From positions 1 to 57,360 of the IMG/VR virus record IMGVR_UViG_3300032260_000004: a stretch of DNA of 57,360 nucleotides. The stretch is one strand, 5' to 3'. This document shows, piece after piece, positions 53,318 through 57,360 of the stretch (positions within the stretch are counted from its first letter, which is position 1; the number at the start of each line of letters is the position of its first letter). A program made the translations under genes and the position numbers. The notes under the pieces were generated by a model that saw only the letters and a program-made list of their open reading frames with translations, did not search any database and was not told the DNA's origin. This stretch comes from a virus. Its lineage: Duplodnaviria; Caudoviricetes.

Positions 53318-53510
53318 GATAGCCCTCGTCCATCAGGCCGCCCGCGAGGGCCGGCGCGTAGCGGGGCTCGACCACGAGACTGCGGCCCCACCACGTCCCT
53401 TCGGTGTGCTCTTCGAGCCACTGTGCTGCCGCGTCGCTCTCCGGCGTGAAGAGCAGGATCGTCCCGTGGTTCTCGATCGCCACGTCTGCCGACTTGTCCG
53501 TGTTACTCAT
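53307..53510 (-). CDS. Small early protein
   Basis: First gene after P1; NHGTILL...WL......WWG..LVVEPRY. Confidence 0.75.
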   Translation of the reverse strand: MSNTDKSADVAIENHGTILLFTPESDAAAQWLEEHTEGTWWGRSLVVEPRYAPALAGGLMDEGYHVR

Positions 53511-53517
53511 TGTTCTG

Positions 53518-53584
53518 CTCCGTGCTAGGGTTTGGTTGCTGTCCACATCTTGAGTATACATGGACACGTTCGACGTGTCAACCC
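53518..53584 (-). promoter_or_regulatory. Promoter cassette P1
   Basis: TTGACA (53581-53576), 17-nt spacer, TATACT (53558-53553); perfect GACACGT-N3-ACGTGTC palindrome; conserved leader. Confidence 0.92.
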
Positions 53585-53600
53585 CCCCCCCTACACGCAA

Positions 53601-53654
53601 CGAGCCCCGCAGCGGGTGACAGGCACAGGATGGGCCTATCCGCTACGGGGCTCG
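53601..53654 (-). terminator. Long hairpin at the late/early boundary
   Basis: CGAGCCCCGTAGCGG pairs with CCGCTGCGGGGCTCG (one G-U on the minus-strand RNA); weak U-tract. Confidence 0.6.
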
Positions 53655-53678
53655 ACTGCCCACCGGGAGGTGGTCTGA

Positions 53679-54257
53679 CTATCTTATGGCGGCACAGGTC
53701 AGAGCGCCAGCGGGGAACCCGATCGCCGCGCCGATGCCCACCTTGCCCATCTGGCACCAGAAGTCGCAGCCCTTCGGTGGGACCGGGGGGTCCCAGAACG
53801 AGAGGATCGGAATCGAGTCGGTGCGGATCGCACGGAGCGGCCCGAGGTGCGGGTAGGTCAGGAGCCGCTGCTCTCTCGTGAAGATGCCACCCTCCAGCCC
53901 GAGCCCCTCGGCTGCGATCGCCGTGCGGGCTTCCGGATCCTCGAAGTAGAACGTCTCCGGAGCGTCGAGCGAGACGACGTGCCAGCGGTACGGATAGGTC
54001 GTCTCGCCGCAGGGCAGGAGGACGGGCGGTCCGGCGACGTACTCGGTGTCCGGTGGAAGCTCGATCACCTCTGGCGGTAGCTGCTCGAACCGGCGCTCGA
54101 TCACCTGCACGAGCGAGGGCACCTCGATCGTGACTGTCTCGCCCGGCAGCGGGACGTATTCTACGTCACGCCGAGGGAACCACTTCCGGATGATGAAGCC
54201 CCCCAAGATCGTGCCGAGGATTAGTGCAAGCAGGACCACAATCATGCTCTGTTTCAT
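53679..54257 (-). CDS. Membrane protein with N- and C-terminal hydrophobic segments (possible spanin-like)
   Basis: Hydrophobic N-terminus, Pro-rich stalk, hydrophobic C-terminus; last late gene. Confidence 0.6.
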   Translation of the reverse strand: MKQSMIVVLLALILGTILGGFIIRKWFPRRDVEYVPLPGETVTIEVPSLVQVIERRFEQLPPEVIELPPDTEYVAGPPVLLPCGETTYPYRWHVVSLDAPETFYFEDPEARTAIAAEGLGLEGGIFTREQRLLTYPHLGPLRAIRTDSIPILSFWDPPVPPKGCDFWCQMGKVGIGAAIGFPAGALTCAAIR

Positions 54258-54789
54258 AGGCGTAGCCGTACCTCTCGATCTCGTCTCGACACCACTCGCC
54301 GACCTGCTGGGCAAGCTCCGGCGTGTAGTAATGCGAGTAGTGGCCCCTCGGGCTCGCGCCCATGATCGGGAGGTTGACCTGCTTCCCCGTGACCATCATG
54401 AGGTCCGACCTGAGCGTCTCGTACCGCATGATCGTGTCGGCCATCGGTTGCAGGTAGTGGTAGAAGCGATGGGGGATCGCCCACCTGTTGTTCGGGCCGT
54501 TCAACCAATACTGCACGAACTCGGGCCATGCTGGCTGTCGGGCATTACAGAACCACCACGAGACGAGCAGATCCCAGTGATTCCGAACTGCCGTGACTAC
54601 CCGGTAGCCTCTCTCCTGATACTCCGCGCACTTCTCCGGGTCGGCGCTGTGGTGCCCCGGCCCATACGGCGAGCCGGGGCACTTCACCAGCGTAGCTCCA
54701 AACCGCGACTGAAGGAGACGCGCGACTGCCCGGCTGGCCGTCCTCGGTTGCGCGAGGTAGACCAACCGAAGCTCATCGCTGACGTACAC
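54166..54789 (-). CDS. Sulfotransferase family protein (paralog 2)
   Basis: LVYLAQPRTAS, VRNHWDLLVSW, RYETL, HYSHYY and DEIERYGY motifs. Confidence 0.8.
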   Translation of the reverse strand: MYVSDELRLVYLAQPRTASRAVARLLQSRFGATLVKCPGSPYGPGHHSADPEKCAEYQERGYRVVTAVRNHWDLLVSWWFCNARQPAWPEFVQYWLNGPNNRWAIPHRFYHYLQPMADTIMRYETLRSDLMMVTGKQVNLPIMGASPRGHYSHYYTPELAQQVGEWCRDEIERYGYAYETEHDCGPACTNPRHDLGGLHHPEVVPSA

Positions 54790-54792
54790 CGA

Positions 54793-55452
54793 TCAGTCGA
54801 GCCCGACTTCGATCGACCCGGACGCGAACTCGGGCGTGTCGTCCTGAGTCACATCCTTCGGGCTCAGCGGCAGGATCATCCCGGCACCGTCGCCGGTCAG
54901 CGTGATCGCCGTTCCGCCCTGCGTGGCAGAAAGCTGGAACGTGATCCCCGACGTGCTGATGACCCAGTACGTCGTGTCGGTGGCGAGGCCCGTGGGCAGC
55001 GTGGCCCCCGCGATGTCCGCGAGCCGCACCCGATCGTCGTCCGCGAGCCCGTGGCCCGGAGCGGTGATGAGGTCGCCCGTGTTCTCTCCGGTGAACGGCA
55101 CCGGATCGCCACCGTCGAGCATGATGACGGCCATGAGGTTGCCGCCCGTGAGGGCGTCGTAGATCCCCAGAGCGATCATCGTGTCCGTGCCGGCATCGGT
55201 CTTCTGACCGAAGGTCACGGCCGCGTTCGTGGTCAGGCTTCGGCCGTTCAGGCCCGCAGCCGGAGCCGCCCACTTGCCGGTCAGCGCCACGCGGGCGTAG
55301 CCGGTGTAGGTCGTCTCGCCGACCGTACCCGCCTGCTTGTCCGTCACCGTCTCCAGCAGAGCAGCGTAGCAGTTGGCAGGGTCGCTCGGCGTGCCGCCGT
55401 CGAAGTAGGCATCGAGGATGTCGTCCTCGATCCACGTCGTCAGAATACTCAT
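54793..55452 (-). CDS. Tail-fibre-associated protein with an inserted small beta (FCCH-like) domain
   Basis: YTGYARVAL, TNAAVTF and GIYDALTGGNL; insert HGLADDDRV...TYWV...FQLS. Confidence 0.75.
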   Translation of the reverse strand: MSILTTWIEDDILDAYFDGGTPSDPANCYAALLETVTDKQAGTVGETTYTGYARVALTGKWAAPAAGLNGRSLTTNAAVTFGQKTDAGTDTMIALGIYDALTGGNLMAVIMLDGGDPVPFTGENTGDLITAPGHGLADDDRVRLADIAGATLPTGLATDTTYWVISTSGITFQLSATQGGTAITLTGDGAGMILPLSPKDVTQDDTPEFASGSIEVGLD

Positions 55453-55471
55453 GTCCTAGTCTCCTTCGTGG

Positions 55472-55870
55472 TTATGAAACGTGCTGAAGGTTCAGGACCT
55501 TCAGCCTGACCGGCTGCTTCCCGTCCTTGTTGCCGGCTGAGTATGTCCACTCGAAGAGGGCGATGTGGTACTCTTCCTCCTTCGAGGCAGTACGGACGAT
55601 CTGGTTGTCTTCCGGGTCCATCGTCCACCCGCCCAAACCATCCTCTCCGTTGCGGTCGAGTTCGCCGCCGTTCGTGTTCTTGATGTCTACGTGGTCCCGG
55701 CTGTTGATGAACGCTTCGTCTCGTTCCTCGAACAGCGTCACGGTGATCGTGTCGATACTCGCGGCCGGGATTCCCACGCCGTCCTCGTCCAGTACCTTGA
55801 AGTTGATCCTGCGGGTCGTCCGCTCATTGATCGGCGTGTCCGTCAGGTCGATCATCGGCAAGCAACTCAT
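55472..55870 (-). CDS. BppU N-terminal-like Ig-fold virion protein (tentative)
   Basis: INFKVLDEDG, beta-rich, between fibre genes. Confidence 0.5.
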   Translation of the reverse strand: MSCLPMIDLTDTPINERTTRRINFKVLDEDGVGIPAASIDTITVTLFEERDEAFINSRDHVDIKNTNGGELDRNGEDGLGGWTMDPEDNQIVRTASKEEEYHIALFEWTYSAGNKDGKQPVRLKVLNLQHVS

Positions 55871-57360
55871 GGCGTCTCATCCTCTAGTGCAACGTCAATC
55901 ATGCACGACCCGTCGATCGTGACCAGTGTAAGCGCTGGGCCGTCGATAGTCACCAGTTCGAGTGCCGGCCCATCTATCGAGATCTCGACCAAGAACGCCC
56001 AGTCCACGGTCGTATTGAGGTCGTAGAACTGCGTCAGCCGGCCCGCCGAGACGCTCACACCTGTCGCCCTGAGCCCTCGGGTGTGCTGACTGTTGGCCCG
56101 ACCCGCCGAGGACGCTGTACCGACTGCCGAGAACGATCGTGTGCGCTGGATCGCTGCTGAGCCGGCTGAGCCTGCCACGCCGGCTGCGTGAATCGCGCGG
56201 ATCCGACCTGCCACCGCTCGGCCTGCGGACGTAGCCGCACCCGTAGCGCTGAGCGGAACTCGTACTCCGAGCGCTGCGTGTCCGCTCGACTGTGACGAGC
56301 CAGTCGCGGCGAGCAGGAAGGTCGCGCCGGCACGAGCCCGACCTGCCGACAGCGCTGAGCCGGTAGAACGGAGTCCTAGCGTCGCCTGTACGCTGGCCGA
56401 CCCGGCACCCCCAGCCGCGCCCGTGGCTCTCAGCCCGCGTCTGACATCGAGGACCGCCGCGCCGGCCGACTGGACCACACCGGCTGCCGCAAGCGCCTGA
56501 GTGGACAGCAGGGCCGCTCGACCGGCACTCTGAGCCCCGCCCACGGCTGCGAACGGTACCGTACCCGCCAGCCTCGCCGACCCTGCACTGATCGCCGCTC
56601 CGCTGGCGCTGAGTGATCGCCGGACCCCGAGCGCTGCTACGCCTGCGCTCTGGCCACCACCGACCGCAGCGAGAGTGAGCCCGACCGTAGGCGCAGCCGA
56701 GCCAGCCGAGAGCCCGGATCCGACCGCTCTCAGCCCGCGCGTGATCTGGAGGGTAGACCGACCGACAGAAAGCGATCCTCCGGTGGCCCTGTGCCCGCGC
56801 GTGACACGAACGAGGGCCGACCCGGCCGAGTACCCGACTCCGGCACCCGCGAGGCTCTGACGCGCGCTGAGAGCGGCACGGCCGGCCGACAGCCCCACCC
56901 CTCGGGCCTGAAGCTCCTGTGCGGCCGTGAGTCGAGCACGACCAGCCGAGAGGGCGGTGTCCGTGGCAAGCAGCGCCCGGCGCACGCCGAGTTGCGTGGT
57001 CCCCACCGAGACGCTGCTGCCACGACCGGCGATCCCTCGTGTGACGGAGAGCCGAGCGGTACCTGCTGACTGAGCGGAACCCGCAGCCGCGATCCCGCCT
57101 GTGATCTGAAGCTCAGCAGAGCCCGCACTACTAGCCGCTCCCGCAGAACGGAGAGAGTGTTTCACGGAGAGCCGTGCGGACCCTGCCGATAGCGCTACGC
57201 CGGTCGCCGTCGCTGCCTGAACGGCTTCGAGTCGGGCACGTCCGGCCGACAGCCCCACCCCTCGGGCCTGAAGCTCCTGCGTGGCCGTGAGTCGAGCACG
57301 ACCGAAGGACTGAGCGGCACCCGTGGCCGCGAGGGCCTGCACCGCCTCGGCTGAAGCCCT
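55867..57360 (-). CDS. C-terminal ~498 codons of the giant repeat protein (continues from 1-2761)
   Basis: Open from the right end; same 20-aa repeats; 56882-56943 recurs at 57242-57303. Confidence 0.85.
   Translation of the reverse strand, partial: RASAEAVQALAATGAAQSFGRARLTATQELQARGVGLSAGRARLEAVQAATATGVALSAGSARLSVKHSLRSAGAASSAGSAELQITGGIAAAGSAQSAGTARLSVTRGIAGRGSSVSVGTTQLGVRRALLATDTALSAGRARLTAAQELQARGVGLSAGRAALSARQSLAGAGVGYSAGSALVRVTRGHRATGGSLSVGRSTLQITRGLRAVGSGLSAGSAAPTVGLTLAAVGGGQSAGVAALGVRRSLSASGAAISAGSARLAGTVPFAAVGGAQSAGRAALLSTQALAAAGVVQSAGAAVLDVRRGLRATGAAGGAGSASVQATLGLRSTGSALSAGRARAGATFLLAATGSSQSSGHAALGVRVPLSATGAATSAGRAVAGRIRAIHAAGVAGSAGSAAIQRTRSFSAVGTASSAGRANSQHTRGLRATGVSVSAGRLTQFYDLNTTVDWAFLVEISIDGPALELVTIDGPALTLVTIDGSCMIDVALEDETP

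Noticed and set aside
25039-53584. Repeated cassettes as a CRISPR array or att sites
   Set aside because: They are dispersed over kilobases, have no spacer periodicity or cas/integrase genes, and are explained by promoter architecture.
53307-53600. Extended ORF starts running through the promoter cassettes (also 51581-51958)
   Set aside because: The shared VDTSNVSMYTQDV peptide is just the translated promoter; the true starts follow the GGAG in the leader.
1-57360. Stop-codon reassignment
   Set aside because: TAG, TGA and TAA all end conserved genes at the expected positions, and coding density is high under the standard code.

Overview
This window is an essentially complete, GC-rich tailed-phage (siphovirus-like) genome with virtually all real genes on the minus strand. 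The two ends break inside a 360-bp tandem repeat of one giant virion-type gene and can be joined in frame, giving an inferred circle of about 57.4 kb. In transcription order the modules are: early genes behind two near-consensus sigma70 promoters (53.6 and 51.9 kb); recombination and replication genes (PD-(D/E)XK nuclease, SSB/SSAP-like protein, lambda-O-like initiator with internal iterons, RusA-like resolvase); a shuffled small-gene region; terminase and portal; a 2187-aa MuF polyvalent protein (two JAB-like domains, a ParB-like domain, an ADP-ribosyltransferase-like domain); a 4-kb early-type island with two more copies of the same promoter cassette and a tRNA-like/minigene/structured-RNA locus; capsid and tail genes; a lysis cassette; a lectin-like lipoprotein; a methyltransferase-like gene; the giant repeat protein; and tail-fibre genes. 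I saw no integrase, polymerase, reverse transcriptase or CRISPR array. The most notable observations are four conserved promoter-operator-leader cassettes, the MuF polyvalent effector, two paralogous sulfotransferases plus a methyltransferase beside structural genes, and the tRNA-like RNA followed by an SD-Met-Leu-stop minigene. All family assignments come from reading motifs by eye, not from database searches.
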